From the NCBI GenBank assembly GCA_963719495.1, contig CAVRCI010000011.1:96001-160000 (forward strand): a DNA stretch of 64,000 nt. Direction: 5' to 3'. Both the position numbers and the translations under genes were made by a program. The notes beneath the pieces are model-generated. The model worked only from the letters and a program-made list of their open reading frames with translations. It was not told where the DNA came from and ran no database searches. Positions 40,186-49,336 of the stretch are shown piece after piece (position 1 is the stretch's first letter; each line of letters starts with the position of its first letter). The stretch is from an uncultured Verrucomicrobiae bacterium. GTDB taxonomy: Bacteria; Verrucomicrobiota; Verrucomicrobiia; Chthoniobacterales; JAATET01.

Positions 40186-41615
40186 CGCGCCACCTCCTCC
40201 ATCCAACGGTCCCAAAGATCCCGGCGCACGAAGCACGAAAGCAGCACCTCTTCGCGCAAGCCGCGGAAGATGACCGCGTGCGAGTCCGCCAGCTGCCCGC
40301 CGACTGCGACTGCCTCGCTCGGGAGCGCGATCACTACGGGGAAGTGCGCCATTTCGTCGGAAGGGTTCGGCCAATAGCCGACCGGATCCTGTCCGCGCAG
40401 GACCCACGGCAGCGGCCAGTATCCCGAGCCCACCACCGCGACTCGCCACGGACCGACCGCCAGTGGACGCAGCTCGCCCAGCATTTCCGCAACCGCTGCA
40501 GCGTCCGGGGAGGTCGCCGCGTAGGCGTAGGGATTACAGACCGCAACGCGCTGCGTTTGCAATCCGATGAGCGCGACGCACCCGGCGGCAACCGCGATCC
40601 GACTGGATGATCGGCACCGCATGATCAGACCCACTCCGCAGCCGGCCAACAGGCAGGCTTGAATCCAGGGAACTACCGCCAGCCAAGGCACCTTGTAAGC
40701 AAGAACGCTGTAGCAGAGAAACTGCGCTGCCGTCGCCCAACCCAGGAAGCGGGCCTGTCTTGAAAGCCGGGAGCCGCGGTCGATCCAACCGAGCGCGAAT
40801 CCGGCGGCGGCGAGCAGGACGATGCCCGGCTCGGCCGAGATCATCAATTTCGCGTAGTAGCCAAACGGTTTGGTGTGGCCCGGCGTTGTCTCGTAGACGA
40901 AAAATGTCCGCACCGCATCTGCCAATCCGCCCGCGTAGCCTACGAATGCCGTGGCCGCGGCTACCGCGACGACCAAGGCCGCTGGCCGCCACCAACGACG
41001 AAACCGGATTCTCCGTCTCGCCTCCAGCCAGACCAGCGTCCCACCGAAGGTCCACCCCGCCACCGACACGACGAACGTTTCCTTCGTCGCAAACATCAAT
41101 CCGAGCCCCAAGCCGACTCCAACGGCCGCCGCCCATGGATTTCGACGGTCCCAGGCGGACAGAAAAGTGAGGGTGAGAAGGGCGAAGAATCCGAGGATCG
41201 TCTCGTGGATGAACGTCCGGCTGAATGTCACCAGGAGCGGCGAGATTGCCAGCAGCGCCGCCGCCGTTAGCGCACCCGCATTGCCCAGCCGGTGCCGCCA
41301 AAAAACGAGCAGCGCCACGGTGAGGCACCCCGCCACCGCCGTGACGAGCCGCAGCGAGATGGCCGTGAGGCCCAGCCAATCGAATTCGCCGCGGAAGTGG
41401 GCGACGACGGCCCCGGCGAGACTGAGGGTGGGACCGTGAAAATGGACCGGGTCGAATTCGTAGCCCGCCCCCTCGAGACGATCGGCGACGATCCGGGCAC
41501 CCGTGGCTTCGTCGGCGTGCATTGGGGACACCCCAAGATCCTGGAAACGCAGGAACACAGCCGCGATGATCACCGTGACACACAATCCGAGATCAATCAC
41601 CCGGTGCGCGATCAT
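40182..41615 (-). CDS. GT-C-fold (ArnT/PMT-like) membrane glycosyltransferase, TIGR03663/Agl23-like
   Basis: PMHADEA, YEFDPVHFHGP, SRTFIHE, ATKE, YKVPW, YWPLPW; many TMs. Confidence 0.8.
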   Translation of the reverse strand: MIAHRVIDLGLCVTVIIAAVFLRFQDLGVSPMHADEATGARIVADRLEGAGYEFDPVHFHGPTLSLAGAVVAHFRGEFDWLGLTAISLRLVTAVAGCLTVALLVFWRHRLGNAGALTAAALLAISPLLVTFSRTFIHETILGFFALLTLTFLSAWDRRNPWAAAVGVGLGLGLMFATKETFVVSVAGWTFGGTLVWLEARRRIRFRRWWRPAALVVAVAAATAFVGYAGGLADAVRTFFVYETTPGHTKPFGYYAKLMISAEPGIVLLAAAGFALGWIDRGSRLSRQARFLGWATAAQFLCYSVLAYKVPWLAVVPWIQACLLAGCGVGLIMRCRSSSRIAVAAGCVALIGLQTQRVAVCNPYAYAATSPDAAAVAEMLGELRPLAVGPWRVAVVGSGYWPLPWVLRGQDPVGYWPNPSDEMAHFPVVIALPSEAVAVGGQLADSHAVIFRGLREEVLLSCFVRRDLWDRWMEEVAR

Positions 41616-41657
41616 CGTTGGAGCGAGACTAGCACGGTTCTGGTCTGGCCGTGCCGA

Positions 41658-42293
41658 TCAATAGTTGACGACGACTTGACCTGAGAGGCCCGAGACGAGG
41701 ATCGAGGCGGTCTTGTCCACGACTTCGGTCGTCCCGCGCATTTCGCGGAGCGGGATTTCGATCCAAGCCGACGTCGCGGCGGGATCGAGCAGGGCTTCGC
41801 CTTGCGGTGAGAACGCGATGATCGTTCCGGTAAACGAGACCGATTGGCCGTCGACCGGGGCTGCGAATACGAATGGGCTGCCTTCAAGCACCCTCGTGCC
41901 GACGGGAGTGCCGTCGGTGCGCGCGGGGAGGAGTTTGACGTTCTCGACGCGGACCGGACGGGTGAGGGGGAGGAGGTTTGCGCTGGTCGTGTCCCGCGTG
42001 CCGTCGCGTGAGATGACGGTGGTGATGGCGAGCTCGGGCGTGCTCGCGGCGTTGGCCTTCGTGGTGTCCGCCACGCCGACCCAGACCCATGTGCTTTGAG
42101 CCATGGCTTCCGTTCGCGCGAGTTCGAGAGAATCCGAGACCGACGTAATGGCCCGGCGCATTCCGCTTCCCTGGGTCAGGCTGACGAGCGCGGGGACCGC
42201 GAGGCCGACGAGCACCGCGATCACGGCGATGACGACGAGAAGCTCGACGAGGCTGAAGCCGGTGCCGCGGTGAGGGGGGAAGGATTGGATCAT
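41658..42293 (-). CDS. Prepilin-type protein (Verru_Chthon cassette protein D-like / FimT-like)
   Basis: G|FSLVELLVVIAVIAVL methylation motif; ARTEAMA; FSPQG. Confidence 0.85.
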   Translation of the reverse strand: MIQSFPPHRGTGFSLVELLVVIAVIAVLVGLAVPALVSLTQGSGMRRAITSVSDSLELARTEAMAQSTWVWVGVADTTKANAASTPELAITTVISRDGTRDTTSANLLPLTRPVRVENVKLLPARTDGTPVGTRVLEGSPFVFAAPVDGQSVSFTGTIIAFSPQGEALLDPAATSAWIEIPLREMRGTTEVVDKTASILVSGLSGQVVVNY

Positions 42294-42317
42294 GGTCGGG
42301 CTCGAAATGGGTCAGGG

Positions 42318-43142
42318 TCAAGGCGGCGTCGGTGGACGGTATTTCTCCGCGAGTTCTTCCCGCCAGCGGTCCAGTTCGTCCCGGAACGATTGGGGCGGAT
42401 CGAGCTGCGGCGCGTCGAACTTGTATTGGTAAGTCCGGACGTTCTCGCCGTCGTCGACGTAGACGGGCAGTCGGGAGGCGGCGTCGATCAGCGCGACCAG
42501 TGGACGGGCGTCGGCGGCCTGGGTGGCGGGACCTTCTTCGGCGTCGATCCTTCGCTGGGCGACCTCGCGGGGGGAGAGGCGTTTCCCGGCGGGCGTTACT
42601 GAATATTGAAGGAGAGTGCGGTCGCCGACTTCGTGCGTGGCGACGAAGTTCGCCGGGTCGATCCACTCGGCTGCTTCGAAGTCGCTCCGGGAGTAATCGG
42701 AAAAGTTGGACGGGTAGTTGACGAGATCGATTCTGGCGATGCGCTTCGACGTCGGGGTCTCGTAAACCTGGAGGCCCCCGGACACCCATTTTTCCGTTTT
42801 TCTTCCGCTCGCCCAGTGGGTGACTTCGCGGTAAAGCGTGCCCTGCTTGGAGACTACGATCTTCTCGACGACCGCGGCGGCGATGGATTCGGGAACCTCG
42901 TCTCCGGAGTCGGTGGGATCCGGTGCCTCCTCGGGCTTCAACGTTGCGGCGAGCGCCGCTTCCGGATTGCGTTCCACGGTGATCGTCCATTCGGATCGAT
43001 CCGGAGCGCGCATGGCCGGGAGGTCGGTCGATGTCTCGGATTGGGCGAAGCCGGACACCGCGATGGCGAGGGTGAGCAAGCAGGGCAATCCGAATGACCT
43101 GGCAAGGTGACGTTTTGGGTTTTGTTGAAGCGGCGGGGTCAT
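42318..43142 (-). CDS. Secreted hypothetical protein inside the pilin cassette
   Basis: ATG at 43142 just after the cassette A stop; signal peptide ending GFA. Confidence 0.7.
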   Translation of the reverse strand: MTPPLQQNPKRHLARSFGLPCLLTLAIAVSGFAQSETSTDLPAMRAPDRSEWTITVERNPEAALAATLKPEEAPDPTDSGDEVPESIAAAVVEKIVVSKQGTLYREVTHWASGRKTEKWVSGGLQVYETPTSKRIARIDLVNYPSNFSDYSRSDFEAAEWIDPANFVATHEVGDRTLLQYSVTPAGKRLSPREVAQRRIDAEEGPATQAADARPLVALIDAASRLPVYVDDGENVRTYQYKFDAPQLDPPQSFRDELDRWREELAEKYRPPTPP

Positions 43143-43146
43143 CTGA

Positions 43147-46100
43147 TCAATCGTTGACCGCTTCGGCGAAGCGGGCGGTGACGCCGCCGGTGTAGCGGTC
43201 GATGGCGAGGTGAATCCAATAGCGTTGTTCCCCGGAGATCGAGAACTCGTCGAGCGTGGCCGCGCTGGCGGGGTAGCGACCGGATTGAACGATGAGGTCG
43301 ATGAGAAAGGCCCACGTCCGGGTCGTGCCGCCGTCCACCAGGGCGCGTAGGACATTCTGCCGTCGGACCTGCAATGTCCGATCCTCGGAGCTGCCGAGCT
43401 GGGCGGCGAGTTCGGTGGAGAAACCGGCGAAGTTTTCCGTCGCGGCCCCGCCGAGGTCGGGGTCAAAACGGCCGACGATCTCGGCCCGGTTGCGAAGCGG
43501 ACCTTCTCCGGGGTCGGTGCCGCTGGTCCATTCGACAAAAGCTTCGGCGATGGCGTTGGCCTCGCCGTCGGGGAGGACGGCACCGTCGGTCCGGGCGACG
43601 CCGCGAAGCAGCGCTTCGACGACCGGGGCCTGGCGGGTATTCAGATTGACTCGGCCGCTCACGATGGGTTCGGCAGTGGGCTCGTTCGGCTCGTGAATGC
43701 AGAAGACGTCGAGCAGCGCGACGTCGGCGCTCTTCGGCGTCCAGAAATCGAGTTGTTTCCAGGGCTGACCGCGAAAGGCGTAGCCCAGCTCCGCGACGGA
43801 GCGGAAGGGACGGTCGAGGATGACGGGGCGGCTGCCCAGGTTTCCGGTCGCGAACGGGAGGCCGAGGGTGCCCGCCCCGTCGAACTCGGCGGCCATCCCG
43901 GCGCGGATGACGCCGTCGGGGTCGCCGTAGTGGATGTCGTCGCTCGGGGAATTCCGGGCGATGGGCATCCAAAATCTCCAAGTCCCCGTGTCGTTGATCG
44001 TCCAGTTGACGGCATTTGGGTCGGTCGCGCCACCGTTGCTAAATTTGCCGAGCTGAAGCTGGGGTTCGGAGCCGTAGGGGGCGGGATACGGGTTGGCCGC
44101 CCAAGCCGACCAGCCCTGAAACCAATGCCGATACTCGTCGGTCGTGCCGGATTTGTGGACGTAGTTGTTCCCGTCGCGCGGGCCGTAGCGGTCGGTGCGC
44201 GGGTCGATCTTGAGCGAGAATCGCATCATGGGACGACCGCGATTGGTGACGCCGGCGGGGATGTCGTGCCACGCGGGATTGGACGCGCTGAAGGCTGGGA
44301 AGACGTCGTAGGTGGCCCAGCCCCCGGCGGGAGTGCGGTATTGAAGCTCGAAATCGATGCCATTTCCCAGCACGCGGCAGGAGCGAAACCACTGGTGGAC
44401 CTCGCCGTCGGTCGTGGGGCCGCCCCAGATCGTTCCGACCTTGAAACCGATCACGCTGGTTGCCGGAGTCGTCGCCCCATCGGCCTCCTCGTTGGGCTCC
44501 TCCCCGGCCAACACCGGCTGAGTCCAGTAACCGGTGGCTTCGCTGCCCGGCGGATAGTTTGGCGAGGAGAGTGTGTAGGGGTCCCGGAAGGCGGCTTTAC
44601 CAGTGGAAGTCGTGCTGAACGACATGACGTCCGTGGCCGGATTGAACGCGATGACCGCTCCGCCGGGTAAGCTGTTGTCCTGCGGATTGGAACTGGGAAA
44701 ATAGTCGACGTATCCGCCGATCCGCGGTGCCCAGGTCGAGTTCGCTCCGGCGAAAACGTCGAATCCGCTGGACGCCGTGATCCGGAACTCCGTCGGTCCA
44801 TCGCCGAGGTTCGTGGTGGGTGCGTGGGGATTCCAAAGCGTGGGCTGAAGCATGAGAGCGCATCGGTAAATGATCGGCGGCGTCTCCTCGGGCGATGGAG
44901 TGGCGGGCACGGGCACGGTGATGTCCGCCGGATCGACGATCTCGACCCGGTAGGGCGCGGTGCGGATGAGGTAGAGATACGGGAGATTCTCCGCGCCGAA
45001 AAAAGTGCGCCCCTCGAACTCGATGCGGGTTGGGTAGCTGTCGGCGTCGAACTGGTCGATGATGTTCGCGGCGATCTGGATGATCTGATAATTCACGCTG
45101 CCGTGCGAGCCGCCGATCAGCCGCGGTGATCCCGGCGGCTCGGGCGGTGAGGTGTTTTGAAATTGTCCGCCGAGCGAACCCACGCCGATGGCGGCCTTGA
45201 GCAACTCGACGAAATTGGGTTCGCGTCCGCTGATCTCTGACAAGCGCTTGATCTCGGTCGTGCTGCCGTCGACCTGGTAGCGCCACGCGTAGGAGCTGGC
45301 GTCCCACGTCAGGCCAAATTCGTCGGCAACTTCTCCAGGTTCGGGTGGGTCGGGGACTACGGCTTCGAGGCGGTCGAGCGGGAAACGGCGTTTGGCGACG
45401 GGATCTCCGTTCGAGTCGGTGACGGTGAGAAAATTCGGATTGATCCCGTCGTCGGATCCGTGGGCGTCGTTTCCACCAGAGGCCCGGTCACGCTGAATCT
45501 TCGGACGGCCCGGATCGGGGGCAAAGGACGGTTGGTCGAGGTCCGCGGAGAAGGTCGTGAGAAACGGAAGCGCGTCGGGGGTGATCGCACCGCTTCCGTG
45601 CGTCGCGACGTAGTCGAGTAGGTCTTGGCGACTGTAGAATCGATTTTCGCTGGCTCCGGAAGTGACGTAGGGGGCGCTGAATCCACGGGGTTCGCTCCAC
45701 TCGTTCACCAATTTCTCGTAACCGTTGGCGGATCCGGCGGTGAGTTTGTTCCGCCAAAGAAAAAAGTCTTCGATCGCCGCGCGGTCGCTCAAGCCGGGGA
45801 GAGCGGTCAGGTCCGCCCAGGCGACGGAGCCCTTGTCTGCCGCTTCGCTGGCGGCGGCGGCGGGGAACCCGGCGGCGTTGATGTCGAGGAGGCCGCCGAC
45901 GTCGTAGATGTTGTAGGCGAAACGGCCGATCACGTGGTCGCTATTGCCTTCCGTCGCATCGTTGAAGTCTCCGGGATTGCCTCCGTCGGCGAGCGGCCCA
46001 TCGCGCGAGATGAGGATCCAGTCGGGGAGTTGATCGGTCGCGGTGAAGCCGCCGCCGCCGAGGAGGCGGGGTTGGTTCCAGCGCTCGGTGCTGACGAGTC

Positions 46101-46587
46101 GACCGGAGGTGCTGGGGTCGGCGGTGCTCACGCTGGACCCGCGCGTGCGACCCTCGGCGTTGGCCGCCGAGCCTTTGGCCGTGAAGGTTGCGGGGTTAGT
46201 GCCGGGGTAGAACGGGGCGGAGCGGCGACTTTGTTTGACGAGATTGGCAAACTCGGGGTCGGCTGGAGCGATGGTCGCCGCGAGCACGCGACCGGGGACC
46301 ATGGCCCAGGGTTGGGAGACGAGGAACGGATCGCCGTCGGCGGGCGGAGCGGCGCCGTCCGATCCGGCGAGCATTTCCTGCCGAATGTCGGCGACGATGG
46401 CTGCCGTGGCGGTCTCGGCCAGGAGTTCGGTGTGGGTTATGGCGGCGCTGGACGTGCTGCGTTTGAGCGAGCTTCGCGTGGTGGCGAGATAGGTGAGGAG
46501 AATGACCGTGATCAATACGACGAAAGCCAGCACGATGAGTAACGCGCTGGCCGTTGTCGGGCGGGGATGAGGAAGTCGGTGGCTCAC
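43147..46587 (-). CDS. Large PilX-like protein (Verru_Chthon cassette protein A-like)
   Basis: N-terminal ALLIVLAFVVLITVILL, GRFAYNIYD..LDIN, AANIIDQFDAD, RPFRSVAELG, GRVNLNT; GTG overlaps the stop of C. Confidence 0.85.
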   Translation of the reverse strand: MSHRLPHPRPTTASALLIVLAFVVLITVILLTYLATTRSSLKRSTSSAAITHTELLAETATAAIVADIRQEMLAGSDGAAPPADGDPFLVSQPWAMVPGRVLAATIAPADPEFANLVKQSRRSAPFYPGTNPATFTAKGSAANAEGRTRGSSVSTADPSTSGRLVSTERWNQPRLLGGGGFTATDQLPDWILISRDGPLADGGNPGDFNDATEGNSDHVIGRFAYNIYDVGGLLDINAAGFPAAAASEAADKGSVAWADLTALPGLSDRAAIEDFFLWRNKLTAGSANGYEKLVNEWSEPRGFSAPYVTSGASENRFYSRQDLLDYVATHGSGAITPDALPFLTTFSADLDQPSFAPDPGRPKIQRDRASGGNDAHGSDDGINPNFLTVTDSNGDPVAKRRFPLDRLEAVVPDPPEPGEVADEFGLTWDASSYAWRYQVDGSTTEIKRLSEISGREPNFVELLKAAIGVGSLGGQFQNTSPPEPPGSPRLIGGSHGSVNYQIIQIAANIIDQFDADSYPTRIEFEGRTFFGAENLPYLYLIRTAPYRVEIVDPADITVPVPATPSPEETPPIIYRCALMLQPTLWNPHAPTTNLGDGPTEFRITASSGFDVFAGANSTWAPRIGGYVDYFPSSNPQDNSLPGGAVIAFNPATDVMSFSTTSTGKAAFRDPYTLSSPNYPPGSEATGYWTQPVLAGEEPNEEADGATTPATSVIGFKVGTIWGGPTTDGEVHQWFRSCRVLGNGIDFELQYRTPAGGWATYDVFPAFSASNPAWHDIPAGVTNRGRPMMRFSLKIDPRTDRYGPRDGNNYVHKSGTTDEYRHWFQGWSAWAANPYPAPYGSEPQLQLGKFSNGGATDPNAVNWTINDTGTWRFWMPIARNSPSDDIHYGDPDGVIRAGMAAEFDGAGTLGLPFATGNLGSRPVILDRPFRSVAELGYAFRGQPWKQLDFWTPKSADVALLDVFCIHEPNEPTAEPIVSGRVNLNTRQAPVVEALLRGVARTDGAVLPDGEANAIAEAFVEWTSGTDPGEGPLRNRAEIVGRFDPDLGGAATENFAGFSTELAAQLGSSEDRTLQVRRQNVLRALVDGGTTRTWAFLIDLIVQSGRYPASAATLDEFSISGEQRYWIHLAIDRYTGGVTARFAEAVND

Positions 46588-47372
46588 GGGAGGGGGAGGT
46601 AGCGTTGGTTGAAGCGGACGTTCCGGCCGACGAAGGGCGGGTAGGCGGAGAAATCGCCGACGGTCCACGCGGTCGACGGCGCCGACCCATTCGCCGCGTC
46701 GGGCAGGGCGGTCGCGAGGGAAGCGCGTTGGGCGGAGGTGAGTTTGGCCAGGGAATCGGCGTCGAGCGATGCGGTGGCGCAAACCACGGCGGAGATCTCG
46801 TCCGCTGGCGGTGGGGTGGCGACGAGTGTCCCGTCGGTTGTCAGGAAGGCGAGTTCCAGCCGGAAGACGCCGCGTCCGAGTGGCTGGAGGTCGGCGGCCG
46901 CCGAGGGATCGACCCGGGTGACGTCATCGGTCCAGAGAAACGGCTCCGCGCAACGCAGGAGGGCCGTCGAGGCGTATCCCGGCGAAGTCGACGTCGCCTC
47001 GCCCACTTCGTAACCGATCCGGGCGAAACGCGACGCGGCGCTGGTGGTCCGCGTGGCGGCGAGGAAGCGGATCGCGTCGTTGGGTGACGTGACCGAGCCG
47101 ACGGCCTGGGAATTTTTGAGAAACTCGATCCCAATGCCGCCGCGGCGAACGCTGGCGTCGAGGTCGAACGCGAGTCGGTCGAAGATTGTCCGGGATTCGT
47201 TGCCGCTCTCGATCCGGTCGGTCGAGGAATCGGTGAGGCCGACGAAATTCGAGAAGAGGCCCGCCAGGATCGTCGTGAGCAGCGCGAGGACCGCGCACGT
47301 GACGAGAATCTCGAGGATGGTGAACGCGTCGGATCGGCGGGCGGGTCTGGGGGAAGACGGCATCGGGGGCAC
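46584..47372 (-). CDS. Prepilin-type protein (Verru_Chthon cassette protein C-like)
   Basis: A|FTILEILV; FDRLAFDL. Confidence 0.83.
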   Translation of the reverse strand: MPPMPSSPRPARRSDAFTILEILVTCAVLALLTTILAGLFSNFVGLTDSSTDRIESGNESRTIFDRLAFDLDASVRRGGIGIEFLKNSQAVGSVTSPNDAIRFLAATRTTSAASRFARIGYEVGEATSTSPGYASTALLRCAEPFLWTDDVTRVDPSAAADLQPLGRGVFRLELAFLTTDGTLVATPPPADEISAVVCATASLDADSLAKLTSAQRASLATALPDAANGSAPSTAWTVGDFSAYPPFVGRNVRFNQRYLPLP

Positions 47373-47377
47373 CGGGG

Positions 47378-47860
47378 TTACATTGCCGCCTTCATCGCGA
47401 CGCTTTCGACGGGGCTTCCGAGGGTCTTGTCGCCGGCACCGGGGGCGGTGCGTTGGATGCGCAAGAAGAGGCGGTAGTTGGCGAAGCGCGACGCCGGGGC
47501 CTCGACCGCGTAATTGACTTTAAACCGTTGATCCATGGCGGCGATTTGAAAATTTTCGTCCAAGCCGATGGAACCTTCGGTCGCCGACGCGCCGATGGCG
47601 GGAAGCTGGATTCCGTAGGCTGTCGAGTGCGTCTGCCCGGTGGGGATGGATCGAAAGTCGGCGGCGACGGCCGAGAGCACTTCGAGCGCCAGTAATTGGT
47701 CGGTGGATTGGCGCTCCTGCTGAAGTCCGACGGACGCGAGCCCGAGCATGGCGACGAGGCAATACGACATCAACCCGATGGCCATCGTCACTTCGACCAG
47801 TGAGAAGCCGCCGGTCAGTCCGACACGACGGGATGGGCAATGGGGAGGAGAGACTTGCAT
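47378..47860 (-). CDS. Prepilin-type protein (Verru_Chthon cassette protein B-like)
   Basis: G|FSLVEVTMAIG...MLGL..VGL. Confidence 0.85.
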   Translation of the reverse strand: MQVSPPHCPSRRVGLTGGFSLVEVTMAIGLMSYCLVAMLGLASVGLQQERQSTDQLLALEVLSAVAADFRSIPTGQTHSTAYGIQLPAIGASATEGSIGLDENFQIAAMDQRFKVNYAVEAPASRFANYRLFLRIQRTAPGAGDKTLGSPVESVAMKAAM

Positions 47861-47963
47861 GCGGGGGGGAATTGGAAAAGTGCCGGGAAACGAGGGTCGT
47901 TGCGATGCGGGAGTTTCAGGACGGCTCGCCGGAGAAAAACTTCTCGCATCGCCGGAAGCATCC

Positions 47964-47979
47964 GCTATATCCTTTTAGC
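47964..47979. promoter_or_regulatory. Candidate LacI operator 5 (divergent promoter between pilin cassette and sialidase-like gene)
   Basis: GCTATAT-CC-TTTTAGC. Confidence 0.65.
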
Positions 47980-47984
47980 TGTCA

Positions 47985-49319
47985 ATGAAGTTGCCGCGAA
48001 ATTTGCGAAGGAGTCGGTCGGCGGTGGCGGGATGTCTGATCCTGGCGGTGGCGGTGGCGGCGATCGCTCGGGGCGGTTCGGTTCCGCTTGTGGCCGGGCC
48101 GCCGGTCGAGGTGGCGCGGAGTGCCGACGCGCGGAACGCGCCCTTGGTCTCGCCGAGTCTGCTGCGGCTGGATGGGGGGCGATTGGTCGCGACTTACACG
48201 GAGGTGAGCAAGCGGGATGCGGAGGGACGAGATGAACAGGTGATGCTGACGTCCGGCGACGGGGGACAGCGGTGGGACGAGCGCGCGAGGTTGGCCGCGG
48301 TGCAGGGGCGGGTTTTTGCCAGTGGGGATGATCTGTATTATTTGGCGACGGGTCCGGGACTTCCGATCAGTAAGTCGGAGGATCGCGGGGAGACCTGGAG
48401 CGAGCCGGTCGACCTCACGGATCGGAGCCAAACGTGGCAGCAGACGGCGGCGAACGTTTGGTATGCCAATGGGAACGTCTACGTCGCGATGGATCTGCGG
48501 ATGCGCGAGATCGACGCGTGGGGAGCGGGTGAAAAAGCTCCCGTGTTGCTGCGGGCGCGGGTAGGGGACGAGCTGACGGACCCCGCGAGTTGGACGTTCT
48601 CCGAGTCGATGGCGTTCGCCGACCTCATCCCCGGCTACCGGGAGAACGAGCCGGAGATCGATTTCTTCGGCATCCCCTTCTATCGGCAGGAATACCCGGA
48701 GCGGGCGCGAATCGTTCCGGGTAGATCCTTTTCGCCGATGGGGTGGGCCGAGGGAAACGTGGTGCAGATCCTCGATCCCGACGACTACTGGTTCGACGAG
48801 TCGGGGCGGACGTTTCACATCTTTCTGCGGGCGCTCACCGGGATGGCGAACTACGCCGCGGTGATCAAAGTGGTCGAGCGTGCCGACGGGTCGATGACGA
48901 CGGAGGTCGAGCGGGCTCCGTCGGGCAAAAAACTGCTCTTTCTTCCATTCCCGGGTGGTCAGATGCGGTTTCACGTCCTCTACGACGAGGCGACGAAACT
49001 CTACTGGCTGCTGTCGAATCAGACCACGGATTCGATGAAGCGAGCGGATCGTCTGCCGGAGGACCGGCATGATCTGGCCTACGGGGAGCGTCACCGGCTG
49101 GTGCTCCATTTTTCGAAGAACATGGTGGACTGGTGTTTCGCCGGGGTAGTGGCGATCGGCGAGAGCGCGAAGGCATCCCGACACTACGCGGCGATGGATT
49201 TCGACGGGGACGACCTCGTGATCCTATCCCGCAGCGGAGACGAGGACGCGCACGATGCGCACGACGGCAACCTCATTACTTTTCACCGCATCAAGGATTT
49301 CCGCGAACTGGTTTACTGA
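47985..49319 (+). CDS. Secreted BNR/Asp-box (sialidase-like) protein
   Basis: Asp-boxes SGDGGQRW and SEDRGETW; SPSL; ERHRL; SRHY. Confidence 0.8.
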   Translation: MKLPRNLRRSRSAVAGCLILAVAVAAIARGGSVPLVAGPPVEVARSADARNAPLVSPSLLRLDGGRLVATYTEVSKRDAEGRDEQVMLTSGDGGQRWDERARLAAVQGRVFASGDDLYYLATGPGLPISKSEDRGETWSEPVDLTDRSQTWQQTAANVWYANGNVYVAMDLRMREIDAWGAGEKAPVLLRARVGDELTDPASWTFSESMAFADLIPGYRENEPEIDFFGIPFYRQEYPERARIVPGRSFSPMGWAEGNVVQILDPDDYWFDESGRTFHIFLRALTGMANYAAVIKVVERADGSMTTEVERAPSGKKLLFLPFPGGQMRFHVLYDEATKLYWLLSNQTTDSMKRADRLPEDRHDLAYGERHRLVLHFSKNMVDWCFAGVVAIGESAKASRHYAAMDFDGDDLVILSRSGDEDAHDAHDGNLITFHRIKDFRELVY

Positions 49320-49336
49320 AGCTGCTGACTCCCTCT

